From Cenococcum geophilum (Eukaryota): DNA of 64,000 bases. The stretch is taken from the NCBI GenBank assembly GCA_050273025.1, contig CP158635.1:21204001-21268000 (forward strand). Direction: 5' to 3'. Within the stretch, counting starts at the first letter, position 1, and each line of letters opens with the position of its first letter. A model generated the notes under the pieces. That model worked only from the letters and a program-made list of their open reading frames with translations, ran no database searches and was not told where the DNA came from. Positions 48,806 to 60,973 of the stretch are shown piece after piece. Both the position numbers and the translations under genes were made by a program.

Positions 48806-50870
48806 AATAAGCAACGATATTAACTAAATTAATTAGACAGATATTACACCTCTAGTAAATAACTTAGAGATATTTGGAATCTTTAAGGACAAAGATAAAA
48901 AGGAGGGAGATGGTGTTACGAATGCTTTAAGTATAATATTATAACTACTTAGAGAAGAGTTGGAGGAAGCTAGTTAGTTAATTTAGGCAGTCTAAGATAG
49001 AGCCGATAGAGCTATATAATGAGGAATAGTAGCTAAGGTTATATAACGTTATACGCAGTGTATGCAGTATATAAAGGGAATGTATGTATAATATATATAA
49101 TACGTACCTTACGTATAAAGGGGATTTCTTAGGAGTACGGTTATGTATTTAAAGGACCACAGTCTCTACTTAGATAGTTCTCCCCTTTATAGTAAATCTT
49201 AGAATATAATTGGAGTTAATCTGTTAGGTAACTACTCCATTAGTTATTATTACGTTATTAACTTTCTATTTACCTATATACCTAGCCTATTAACAAGTTT
49301 ACCGTAGTTCCTGCTATAAGGCTTTATTATAAGCGGAGGCAGTAGCAGACGCTATTATCTCTATTAATTATGCTTTTTACGGCTTACGTTACTAACTTAC
49401 GGACTTAAAAAAAGCAGCGCGCCCCTTTACTGCTATAATAGTAGTTAGTATAGCTACCGCGTAGCTAGCTAGCGACTAGCACACATTCTATAAATAAGCC
49501 ACCGCCCTATATATACGACGCACAAGCCTATAGGGCTATTGTACCCCAGCTTTACGCTAGGGCGGCCTCCGTATTTAGGGCAGGAGGGCGGTAGGCTAAT
49601 TAACGGCCGTAAAGCTACCCGGGGGGGGGGCAATAAGGGCGGCGGTAATAGTAGTGGCGGCAGTAATAGGAGCGGGGAGGGGCCTAGCGGCAGCTGTAGC
49701 TATAGCAGCTATTTACATATCAGTATCTTCTTAAATTCTTAAATTCTTTTATAGTACTAATACTTACTAGCATGCTTATCTACTAGGACCGAAGTCCTAT
49801 ACATAGGCTACTTAGCCTAAGATAGTAGCGGCATAGATAAAAAGCGGCGGCTAGGCGCGGATATAGTGGTAGTAGCAGCGGCGGTGGTAATATAGTAGTA
49901 GTAGTAGTAGAGCTAGAGCTAGAGTAGGGGTAGGGGTAGTAGTAGTAGTAAGAATAGCAGCGGTAGTAGGAGCAGAAGTAGACGATATAGTAGCAGCAGC
50001 AGTAGTACTAATAGTGGTAGCAATAGTGATGCTATTACTTAAGGAAGAAGATAACAATAACGATAATATAAATAGCTATTATTAATATACGTTACGTAAT
50101 TAACTATATAAATCTATATTACGCGATTATTATATAAAGGCAGCCTTATGTCACCATAAGGTAGCTATATAAATTCTATAGTAGTAGGGCAGTAAAGGGC
50201 AGTTAAAGCTTTAATACTCTATTATATTTATTCTTATTTCAACTTTATATAGATATATATAAAACTATTAATAGCTTTTATAATAGTCTTTATAATAGGG
50301 TCCTTAGTATATTTATATAGCGATATACACGACCAGCTTCCACCCCCCTCTGGAAAAATATTATTTCGCTTCGGTACGCGGGTTCGCCAGCAATTGTAGC
50401 GAACGCCCATACTTGGCTGCAAGAACTTTACTTTTAGCAGACTTCGCGATCGGCCTTCCTCCGCAGTATTATAATCTTTATTAAATATCGCGCACGAGGT
50501 TTTTACCCGTATAATATCGCCAAATTTTATCGGCAATTGCAGGAACAGCTTTATATTCGCGTTTTAGCGGCCACAGCGGGGGGGCGCAGTTAAGGGGGAG
50601 GGGAGGGCGCGTACGTCCTTCCCCTAGCTAACCAAGGCGATTCTCCAGGGTAACTACAGTCAGTTGCACGGCCAGCTTCACCCCCCCCCCCCCTTAGCGA
50701 GTTGCAGATTCGGTACGGGCATCCAATTTTGCTTAATCGCCACCAACTGTACATAGTAATTGAAGCGAAGCCATATGCTTAGCTATAAGAACCTGAAGCT
50801 GTCCACAATCAATCTTCTTCTGTGGTATTGTGATCGTTGTCAAATATTATACCTATCCTCTACCCATAGT

Positions 50871-51906
50871 ATGGCTCCGTGAATGGGCCCATATCAGCAC
50901 GCTCTAATTAAGGATCTTCTTTGACTTGGAGCGACTTAAGCAGAGTGTGCCTCCGCCGCTGGTTATACGATTCGCTCAATTACCTCCATCAGGAGGAACG
51001 TACGAGTCTTTAGCTTAACTCGGGCACCTTTAAATGGCGAAGGCGGCCAGTTCCTATTAAGTAATCCGATAATTATAGTAATACTAATGCGGCTAGAGGA
51101 GAAGCCAACTCTCTTTAGTGACGAGTTATAGTGGCTAATCTACGATATGTTTAACGTTGTAGTAAGCCGCTATATAATATTTCGAGAGCTCTATTTGGCT
51201 GGCTGGATAAGGAAGCGGGTAAGCCAATCAGATCCTCTAGTATAGAGCTTAGAGAGTAGCTTACACAAAGAAGTATTGGCAGGTAGCCCTTAAACGTAGC
51301 GCTCACGATCGCGATATATATTTTGCAATTATATCACAGTATACCGCCAATTAACTGGTATTTATAGATAAGTCAGGTGTGGATTCGAAGACAGGCGTAC
51401 GGAAGGCAGGCTAGGCTCCCTCTAGTATTATACCAATTTTATAGACGCCATATAATTGGGGTAAGAGGAGGCTTAATATACTGCCTACGTATACGATTAA
51501 CGGTATACTGGTAGCTTTAGTATATAAAGGCTCGACAAATGGTGAAGGCTTTAAGTTCTAGATAGCAAATACTCTTCTACCACGGTGTAATCGCTTTCCT
51601 GCTAAGCGATTAGTAGTAGTTATAGATAACGCTAGCTTCTATTATTCAGAAAGGATGCAGTCTCTTTTTAACGCCTTTGGCGTTAAGCTGGTATTTTTGC
51701 CTCTATACTTACCTAATTTAAATCTAATTAAAGAGTTTTTTGGAGAGCTAAAGGCCTTTATTTAGCGGGAGTGGTACTCTTAGCTAGAGTACCCGGAAAC
51801 CTTTAGCTATAGCTTTAAAGCGTTCCTTCTTTAGAGTATAGATGAGGTTGGTAGTAAGGGTAAGAGCGCAAGAGGCCATTTCCGATATAGTGGGTACGAT
51901 TGTTAA
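50871..51906 (+). pseudogene. IS630/Tc1-like DDE transposase (one intron)
   Basis: MAP[R]MGPYQH..; GTAAGC...CAG intron ~51219-51282; 'LVFID[E]SG', 'VVVIDNASF[H][H]', 'FLP[P]Y[S]P[D]LN[P]I[E]EFFGELKAFI'. Confidence 0.9.
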
Positions 51907-52049
51907 GGTTTTTTGGGTAAGAGTTACAATTGATCTTTAGTAGCGTTCTTAACCGTATATAATATTTAGGGTGTCTTTATTACTATAGGGACGCTAGCAG
52001 TAACAGAGACACCTTATATTTTATTAATTATAATTATCTATATCTTAAA

Positions 52050-53720
52050 GAGCCTAGATATAGGGCGTCTTTACCGCTATAAGGGCGCTAGTAGTGGCAG
52101 AGATACCCCATATTTTGCTAATTATCTATATCTTAAAAACTTCCCTTAAGCTAAGTACGACGTTCATTTGCCTACTTTTTTAAGTCCTTCTATAGCCGTC
52201 TTACGACACCTAATTTAATACTAGCCTTAACAAGCTCCTTAATAGGATCTACACCATCAGATTTATTATATAGAAGCTCTAAGTCCCACCTTAAATCACG
52301 GACGACTTCGTGCGCAGCTTTAAAATTAGCCTCCTAGTTAAGATCGCCAGCTATACTCCGCCTCTAATACTCAAAAAACTCCTCCAGATCCTTTGCGCGG
52401 TTAATACCCTATAGGCGGTATATTGGTAATATAGGTGAGGATAATAAGGGCAGTCGGTTTGCTAGTATAGGAGTAATTTACTAATCTGATATTAAGCCAT
52501 AAAAGTAATTAATAACGCCTAGGCTATTAACTACAGAGCTATCGCTTAAGGCAGATTGGCGTACTCCTCTACTACTTTTTCCTCCTATTGCTGCTCTCTC
52601 AGCAAGCCGAGTAGTAAGCTTATAAGGTGGATTCTTAATATTTGCAATGCCTTACTAAATGCCAGTTACCCACTCCCGTAAGTCCTTATTTATTAATTTA
52701 ATATTAACCTAACCAAATATATAACACCAATTGGCATTAGAATAGTGCTTTTTATAGCGCTAATGCCTAGTAAGCTTAACTCGCAAGCCTATTAAATTTA
52801 TAACACTACTAGTAAGTACGCGAGGTATTATATTAAGCTCTAAGCTTTATAAGGGCGTTAGAAGCTTATTATGGAGTTAATTAATCATTAACGGGCAAGA
52901 GGCTGCTGGCTGGTTTCCATCTGGAGTATATACAATTAAGAGGTTAATAGTTAGAGCCTTAATCTCACCACGTCTATTAGTATATTAAGCCCACGTAATA
53001 AGTTATATGTTAATCTTCTGCCACTAATCTGCGACTTTAGAATCTATATTAAACCTAACGTTATAAATGCCTATGTGCTAAGTATTAACCTTTGCCTTAA
53101 TTAGCCGGAGCTTAACGCGAATACCCTACTCTTAATAACGTAGCTCCCTCTTATAAATAGGAAAGACTTTAAGTCGCCAAAGATTATAACATTAAAGGCT
53201 TGCATTAACAAGAGTTTCAGTAAACGCCGGCTCCTTTAGATATTAAATTGATACATTACAATTATAAGTAATAAATACGCCGCCGCTAGCTCTTCCTATA
53301 TTATCAATCTTACTCTCTACACGTAGGCAAAATGGCGGAGTTATTTCTTCTTCATCCTTAATTATATTTTATAGAGGAGCCTAAGGAGCTAAAGGAGCTC
53401 AAGCAGCTTAAGCAGCTCGAGCAGCTGCCCGAGAGGCTGTAGCTTAATATCGCGGTTTTAACATATTTAACTATGGGTAGGTAGGATCCTATATTGAATA
53501 CGGTGACTTATACGGCCTTAATTAAGCCTATTAGCTCTGCGTACGAGAAGTCTACTAACTCTGCATATATTTAAGCCAAGCCTCCGTATCTTCCTCATCG
53601 TCCTCATCGTCCTTATCGTCCTTATCTATAGCTTCCAGATCGTTTTCCATTTCCTTAAGCTCCTCCAATGTAAAGTCTGGCCGAATGGCGTTATGTTCGC
53701 GTCTTAGCGGCTATTATAGG
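52050..53720 (-). pseudogene. Accessory gene of unknown function inside the Tc1-like element
   Basis: Long minus-strand protein-like frames: acidic N-terminus 'DFTLEELKEMENDLEAIDKDDKDDEDDEED'; 'H[W]R[C]KKH[C]SNANWCYIFG...LINKDLREWVTGI..GIANIKNPPYKL'; helical C-terminus 'DLEEFFEY..ANFKAAHEVVRDLRWDLELL..ELVKA[G]IKLGVVRRL.KDLKK[W]'. Frame changes or introns are not resolved. Confidence 0.65.
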
Positions 53721-54551
53721 GCACCTTGGTAAGGACTCCACAAAGGCAGAGGCGTACGTAATAAGGGAGGAAGGAGGCTTCGCCAACTTCGTTAAGGGCG
53801 AGGAAACACACCCGTTAATCAAGCCGCTACGCGTTTTAAAGGAGGATTTATATTAAAGGCAAATTAACGATTTTACAACACGATTTTGGATTAATATTAA
53901 AGCTTTGGTAAGCCAGGCAGGTTCTAAATATGTAGCTTTAAGTTAATTGCCCCTAGCAACTAGGCACTTGGCTTCGCTTTAATTACTATATACAGTTGGT
54001 GGCGATCAAGCGAAATTGGATGCCTGTACCGAATCTGCAACTCGCTAAGGGGGGGGGGGTGAAGCTGGCCGTGCAACTGACTGTATTAAAAGGTCCTTGC
54101 GTGCAAGCACATGTGTTCGCTACAATTACTATATACAGTTAGTGGCGATTTGGCGAGCTCGCGTACCGAAGCGAAATAATATTTTTCTAAAGGGGGGGTA
54201 GAAGCTGGTCGTGTATATCGCTATATATATCTTATATAACCTTTTTAAAAAAGAAATTTTATTTAAATTTTAAAATATATTATATAATAAAAGTAGTTAT
54301 CTAAAATTAATAAAGGTAGTAAAAATAGAAGTAAAAATAAAAGTTATAGCTATAGCTAAAGTAGTAAAGTTAGTAAATTAAAAAAGAATTAATATAATAT
54401 ATAAAAAAGAATAAAAATAGTAATAGTACTGTAAATAGAAATAAAGGTAAGAATAAAGATAATAATATAAATAAAAATAGTTATAATATAGTATTAAAAT
54501 TAATAAACTAATATAATAATTAATATAAAAGATAAATTAATAATAATAATA

Positions 54552-54978
54552 ACGTTTTACACAAGCGAGCGCCGCACACGGCCGAGCGCCGCAGCTCAAA
54601 ACCCCACCAAAAATTAGAAAATTCATACTTTAATATCTTAACAACCACTAAATAATAAATTTTAATAATTTAGATTTAGACTTTTATATGCACTCTATAG
54701 CTTCTATTAAAGTTATATAGTAAATAGTTTAGTAGTTTTTAAGATAATAGCAACCTATCCCTATTTTAGCCTCTAAGATTTAATATCTTAAAAACTACTA
54801 AACTATTTACTATATAACTTTAATAGAAGCTATAGAGTGCATATAAAAGTCTAAATCTAAATTATTAAAATTTATTATTTAGTGGTTGTTAAGATATTAA
54901 AGTATGAATTTTCTAATTTTTGGTAGGGTTTTGAGCTGCGGCGCTCGGCCGTATGCGGCGCTCGCTTGTGTAAAACGT
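54552..54978. mobile_element. Foldback MITE with ACGT termini and TA TSD (Pogo/Fot1-like ends)
   Basis: 195-bp arms (54552-54746 / 54784-54978), 37-bp spacer, only two mismatches found; TA at 54550-54551 and 54979-54980. Confidence 0.88.
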
Positions 54979-55149
54979 TAGTAATAATAATAATTCATTA
55001 CTTAACGTCCGATTCGGATCCCTACTGGGCCCACGCGGACTACTCCTTATTTACATATGGGGAGAAAACTCTATTTAAGAAAAATGAGAAAACCCCGTGA
55101 TCCATCTCCCCGCCTTTTAGGACTCGCCTACTTAGCGCCTATAAGTCGC

Positions 55150-58100
55150 CTATGGTGCTCTACTACCTTACTGTTTAACCTCCTTGGGAACCACTGCTGC
55201 CGTAATAAGCCTATGGACGCGCTAGTATTATAAACTTTTACTCTACTACTGTAGAGTTACTAGGGGGCACCTACTACTCGCCCCCTTACCTTCTATTACC
55301 ATTTCCCTTGCAACCCGGAACTAATTTAGCACATTTTAACTAATAAGCCACTAGGTAACCGCCTTAAGGCCTTTTTATATTAAGAGCAGTGTATTATAGT
55401 TCTCTATACTAGCTGCTAAGAGCATTGTTTCTTAATTAGTGCGTAGGGGGCATAGCAGTATTACGTGTTTTGGTATCTGTTTTGGCTAGCTACATTTATA
55501 TCTCGGGCTACTTACTGGGACACCCACCCAGTAAAGCCAATCTTTTAGTCCTATTATTCCTATTCTTAAGAGTGTTACTATTATATTTTCTGCCTTTGTT
55601 AGGCCTTCTCGGAGCCCTTAGGTATTTACCCCCCATAGCGTTAACTATGCTATAGCTTAGGTTTGTCTTGCCTAAGTTAGCCTCTGTACCTTTAACTCCT
55701 ATTTGCCTCTTTAGCGTTGGTCCAACCAGTATTATATTGCGGTAGATGGTTTCCCGGCGTTCTTGCGTGTTCTACTTTAGCTCCTTTCTCTATCTTACTA
55801 TTGTCTTTACTAACCTCTTACACGTCTCCCTTCCTCCTCTATATAGGCCTGGGCCCTAAAGCGGCACCATTCTTCTTCTGCTTTCTTTACCTGTTTCTCT
55901 AATATCTCTTCCCTACTTTAGGGTTGTTAGTTTATTCTCCTACGGGGCACCCTAGGGTCCCTCTATAGTTTACTTAGGCGTGTCTTAATGTACTTTATGA
56001 TATTAGAGTTACGTTTATTTTGCGTTCTTTATATTATAGCGGCTTTAATATATAACTGTAGGGGGGGAATATTGGATTCCTTCTTAAGCAGTACTGTGGC
56101 CGTTCGCTTGTACCCGCCTATAATACTCTAAAGGCAGGCTGTTTAGACCTTTTAAAGTGGTTTAAGGAGTAATTTTAGGGGGCCCTTCTTAGTTTCTCTA
56201 ATGGCCCAGATACTAAATCCATATGTTATAGTTAGCCGGACGACTGCTATATATAGTAGGCGTGACCTTTAGAAGCATGGACCCTATATAGAATTGATAA
56301 TCCTAGATAAAGCGATAAACTATACTTAGCCTTTACAGGCCGCTTACGCCGTATATACGCTTTACCGGAGCTTACTGTCTACCTATACTCCTAATACCCT
56401 TAGGCCCTAAACTGGTTAACCCCTAAAGCCTTAGATGCGAATTATATACTAGAGATCTGCAGATTAGTTGCGTTTTCTTATGAAATGGATTAGCTGGTAT
56501 TTCTCTAGTAAGAATTGGACTCTATAACGTTTTGCCCACTCTATATAAGTATTATAGGCTTTCTCTAGTGTTTTGCAGTTCTCTGCGGCTGTTAGCCCGT
56601 ATATAATTAGGTTTGTGTTGTTAATAAAGCCTATCCCCTGGGTTGCCCCTTCCTTAAAGGAGTTAAGTAGGTTGCTTATAAAGAAAAGGAAGAGTATAGG
56701 CGAGAGGGGTGATCCTTATAGTATTCCTGTTGCAACTGTAATAGGGGGGCTCTGGTATCCGCTAAAGACCAGTAATATTTCTTTCTGGCCTGTAAACCCT
56801 TAGATAAATTATATAATTTATTCTAGGAAGCCCTTTGCCCTAAGGATATATAGGAGACGCTCGTGGGGTATATTATCGTAGGTACTACTAATGTCTAGGC
56901 TAAGCATTAATACTATAAAGTCCTTTCGCATCACCCATGTAGATTTAATGGTGGCAGCGAGTAGCGTAAGTGCTGATAGTGTTAAGCGGTTCTTTCTTGC
57001 CCCTATTTAGCTTTATAGTAGTAGGGTATATTCCTCTGTCGTATCTGCCATATATTCCGCTATTACCCTTTCTAAGATCTTGCTAAGGGTGTTTTTTAAG
57101 GCAATAGGGCGGTAGCTTCCTGGGATTAAGTAATCTACTTTGCCTTCTTTTCGTAAGATAACCGTCGTTATAGATCTTCCGAGTCGCGGGTAGTAGCCTA
57201 TAGCAAAGTATGCTCTAGCTATATCTGTAAGCTAAGGTGCTATAAGTGGCCTATAGGTTTTTAGGGCCTTATTTGGAATCCTATCTGGTTCTAGTGCTAT
57301 ATTGTTTAAAAGGCGGCTAATAGTTCTAGCCATTTCCTCTATTATTATGTCGCTGTTAACCCATAGGCGAGTCACCGGTGTTTTACCCGTGATATCACTA
57401 AGGTCTGCTAGAGCCGGTTAGGGGAAGAACCTTTCTATAAGGATCTTTACCTTCTTATCGTTGTCGTTTGTAGCCTATAATTCTCCTACTCTTCGTAGGG
57501 GTAGTAGGTGTGGGTCTTCTGCTAGGCGCCCTGCCTTTTTCTTTACCCATTTCGCTATATCCCAAAGGCCCTTGTTATAGGGGAGGCTTGGGTTAAAAGT
57601 ATACTCGTTTATAAACCGTCTCCAGTTATTCCTTGCTTCTTTTTTTAGGGTATTCTTTAGCTGGTTTCTTATGTCTTTATATTGTCTCTCGTCTTTAGGG
57701 TTATGGCTGCTTGTATATTTCCTTCTTGCTTATCATTAGCTGGCAACTAGAACTGCGCATTATGTAGACCATATATATCGCGTGTAGGGGCCCGGTTTTA
57801 AAATTAGGCAGTACTCTTTCAGCCCATTTTTAATCGCTGCCTAGATCCTTTCTAGTCTTCGGTTAATTTCCTCGGGGGTAGTTAATAGGCCTCGCTTGTT
57901 TAGTATTGGGTGGATTTCTTCTAGGTCTTAAAGTTATTGTTTAACTGCATTAAGGAAACTATCTATCTTAAGCTTCCTTATTGCGTATCTTTTTTTATTT
58001 GGTTGCGCTTTAGTATCTAGGTCTAGCTGTATCTAGATAGGGATATAGTCTAGGGTAAGTGCCTATTCTTCTTTAGGGTTGCACCTTTCGAGTCTCTGGT

Positions 58101-58710
58101 ATAGGCCTTCGTCTATAAATGTGAGGTCAATTATACTTCTAGCGGTACCTTATTGCCATATAATTGCTCCTAGGGGGGTGGCTAGCTTAAGGCCCCAGAT
58201 ATCTATAGCTCTTAGTAGGCACTCTAACTGTTAGTCTACAGTAATATAGATACCCCCCCACTACGGGTAGTAGAGGTTTATGTCTCCTAATAGGATAGAC
58301 TCTATACCTTCGGTTTCCAGTAAGCTTATTACCGATATAATATTCTCTGTTTATAGGACCCCTTCGACCCTAGGGTTATACACATTAATAATTTATACCG
58401 GTCCCCTATATATTTAGATTGTTATAACTGCAATATCTGGGTTAACTGCCTGCTATAACCATAAGGACAGGCTAATAGCCTTACTAATTATAAAGCACAT
58501 ACATATAGCTGCTTTTAGTTCGTATAGGAGCTGGAATCCTCGGGGGCAGTATATTAATTATGTGAAGGTATTATAATACGGCTCTTGTATAGTAAGGATA
58601 TAGTATTTCTCTAGGTCTAGACTATCTAGTAGGGGCCTTGCGAGGCGGTGGTTTGTATTGCCGCAGTTATACTATATAATAGATAGGTGGTAGACCCCTA
58701 GCGAGGGTCC
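55150..58710 (-). pseudogene. LINE ORF2 (AP endonuclease, reverse transcriptase, C-terminal Cys-His motif)
   Basis: 'LSII[Q]YNCGN', 'ILTIQEPY', 'ILLGDINL[H][H]P', 'YRPIALKNTLSKILER', 'MLSLDISSTYDNIPHERLL', 'GI[P][Q]GSPLSPILFLF', 'GIGFINNTNL' (=FVDD). No RNase H recognised. Confidence 0.88.
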
Positions 58711-58719
58711 TTTAACTCT

Positions 58720-60445
58720 CCTTCATTCCTCGCTTCTTCTGTTTCCACTTTCTCTAGGATATTTAGAGCTTCTGTCTCTTGTGTCTATACCCTAGTTACT
58801 ACTTATTTTGTATAGAGCTTTCCATTCCCGTGTCTTATGTTCCTGTTAGCGCTTCTATATCTAAATCTATTATTATTACCAGTTCTTCCCCTATTCTTAC
58901 TGGTTAGCTATATACCCTTTATAGGTCGGCTGCGAATGTTATATTTGCCGCATTAAGTCTAATTCTTAATTATCCTAGTCTTAAGCCTGCTGTTACTGTC
59001 CATAGGGGTCTTCCTACGGGGCGTCCTCTCCCTTATGTCCCCTGTAACCCTTATGTCCCTAATCGGTCTAGTAATGTCGCGCGGCGTCGCTTCTGGCCCA
59101 TTAAGGCTTGGGATGGCTAGCCTAGCCCTCTAGTATTAAAGGTAGGAAACGCTAGGAAAGCACCTACGTCCCCCTAGCTTATCGCCTATTATTTCCATTT
59201 ATATAACCTAGCGTGCAGTTGTTCCCACAGCTGTTAAGCCCTTACCTTCCGTCTCCTGTATTTAATGCAGTCTTCTCTCTCCTACGCCTTATATATGCTT
59301 CGGTGGCAGTTCGCGCATTTTGTTTAGTCTTGATTTAAGCAATGTCTCGTATTATAGGGGCCTGCATAGTGGCCGCAGCACACCTATGCTGCGCATATAG
59401 ATTAGGTGTGTCCCCATTATATATAGCGATAGCATTGTTTTAGGCGTAGTCTGTAGTTATAGAGCCTTGTATTATATATAAGGCCATTTATAATTATTCC
59501 TTTTTAGATAAGGAGTTTTTACATTCCTAGTGTATATATACTGACGATGAGGGAGCTATGCGTTCATCCGGCGTCTCCCTAGCGAGTCTCCAGCAACCCT
59601 CGTGTCCTCTTATTATTCTCATTATGTGCTTAGTTTATATTTTCCTATCGAAGCCATTGGATTTAGGTGATTTCGAGTCCTAGTATAAGGCGTTCCGTTT
59701 ATCTTACTATCTCCTATATAATTGCTATATTATCCACCTAGCGTCCCTTTTCTACCCTAAGGCTTATAGGAACCGCTAGGACTTCGACTAGGTAATCCTT
59801 ATAGAGTACTTTTATGCCAATACGTTCTCCTAGCCTATCCCCTACCCTTATGGCTCGTTCCTTTGCCTATTAGTCCTTTAGGGTAACTCTAATATCTCCG
59901 CTCTTAAGGTGTTAGACTATAACAGCGTTGTGGACCTCTTTGCGTATCTCTATAAGGACTTCTGTTTCTAATTATCCCCTAAGCCCCTCTGCTTATTCTA
60001 TATTTGGTCGTATTATAATTATATACCCAGTTATTAACTTAAGGGGGGTGGGTTCCCTATGCTGTGAAAGCGCAGCTACGGCGGCCCAGGTGCGGTTCGC
60101 CGGTAAGAGGGGGTTATGCTTATTTTCAATTTTACTTAGCCGTTAGAGGATTTAATCAAGGGTTTGCTAGAGGGGCGCCTAAGGTTCGCTAGACTAGCGG
60201 AGCCATTCTACTAGCTGCATTAGTTCGTTATAGCTAACGGTTACTCCCCCGCAATTCTGGATACTAGACGCGTCCAATAGGCTTTATATTTTGTCAGATG
60301 CCTTCTTAATAGAGGTATTTCCGCTTTATAGTGTGGTATTCACCCGTCTTTATTATGGAGGGCTATTGCTAGGCGTAGTTCTAGCGGTCGCGCGCGAGTG
60401 CGAGCCACCGTCGTTTAACGTGTGCCTCCCCTGCGATGCATACAT
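58720..60445 (-). pseudogene. LINE ORF1 (gag-like, CCHC knuckles)
   Basis: 'KQCYR[C]..WGHT.SIC', 'CCGH[C]AGP[H]NTRHC', 'KCANC' at ~59300-59445; ends approximate. Confidence 0.8.
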
Positions 60446-60829
60446 CTCAGGGGGATTCTCTGGGTGTTTTTTAGGGTTCTTTTGGTTGGTTTTGGTCTTT
60501 TTAGGCCAGGTGTAGCAAGAGCTCCAGTTCCAAAGATCTGTTATTTCGGCTTATATAGTAAACCAGATGCGGTAGTTAAAGCAGCTCTTCCTTCTGTAGC
60601 GTGCCTATAACGTTAGTAATAATAAGGTAGAAATAGTAGTAATTATAATAGTAAATTAGTAACTAAAGTAATAGTAAAAAATAGTATATAAGTAGTAATA
60701 AATATAGCTATAAATTAGGAAATAAAGATATATTAGAAGTAATAAAAAGGAAGTTATTTTAGTAGTTAAAAGGGGAGTAGTAAAGGTAGTAAGAGTAGTA
60801 ATAAAAATAGTAGAATAGTAGAATAGTAT

Positions 60830-60932
60830 TACGGTAGTAGTAGGCAGTAGTAGGTAGTAATAGGGCAGTAACAGAGCAGTAATAGGGCAGTAACAGGCAG
60901 TAAAGGGCAGTAGAAGGGCAGTAGTAGGGCAG
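60830..60932 (+). repeat. Degenerate ~10-bp AGGGCAGTA repeats in AT-rich sequence
   Basis: Direct reading; a similar unit occurs at ~50180-50203. Confidence 0.7.
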
Positions 60933-60973
60933 ACTAAGTTTAGAAGGACAAAAGCCTACCGTAGGCGCGAGAA

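Larger units (their letters stand above)
41519..49331 (+). mobile_element. Ty3/Gypsy chromovirus E (same family as C), ~420-bp LTRs, TSD AGCGG
   Basis: LTRs at 41519-41938 and 48914-49331; AGCGG at 41514-41518 and 49332-49336; internal region collinear with C. Confidence 0.95.
41230..50157 (-). pseudogene. Multi-exon DUF3716-like Cys-rich gene, interrupted by Gypsy E
   Basis: 49580-49402 translates 'RPPALNTEAALA[Q]SWGTIAL[Q]ACAS[C]I[Q]GGGLFIECVLVAS[Q]LRGS[C]TN[C][H]YSSKGARCFF', matching my recollection of the DUF3716 pattern. GTAAGT donors at ~49767 and ~49400; Ala/Pro/acidic low-complexity flanks; start and end approximate. Confidence 0.7.
50657..54083 (+). mobile_element. Tc1/IS630-like DNA transposon, ~115-bp TIRs, TA TSD, two convergent genes
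   Basis: TA|CAGTCAGTTGCACGGCCAGCTTCACCCC...GAAGCGAAGCCA and the reverse complement at ~53968-54083|TA. Confidence 0.93.
50318..54223. mobile_element. Tc1/mariner-type MITE (~480 bp own sequence), TA TSD, host of the inner element
   Basis: TIRs TAGCGATATACACGACCAGCTTCCACCCCCC...ATTATTTCGCTTCGGTACGCG and their reverse complement at ~54160-54223; TA flanks. Confidence 0.85.
54991..60608 (-). mobile_element. Full-length Tad1-like LINE (ORF1 + APE/RT ORF2), 17-bp TSD
   Basis: TSD AACGTTAGTAATAATAA at 54974-54990 and 60609-60625; (ATT)n-type tail. Confidence 0.92.
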
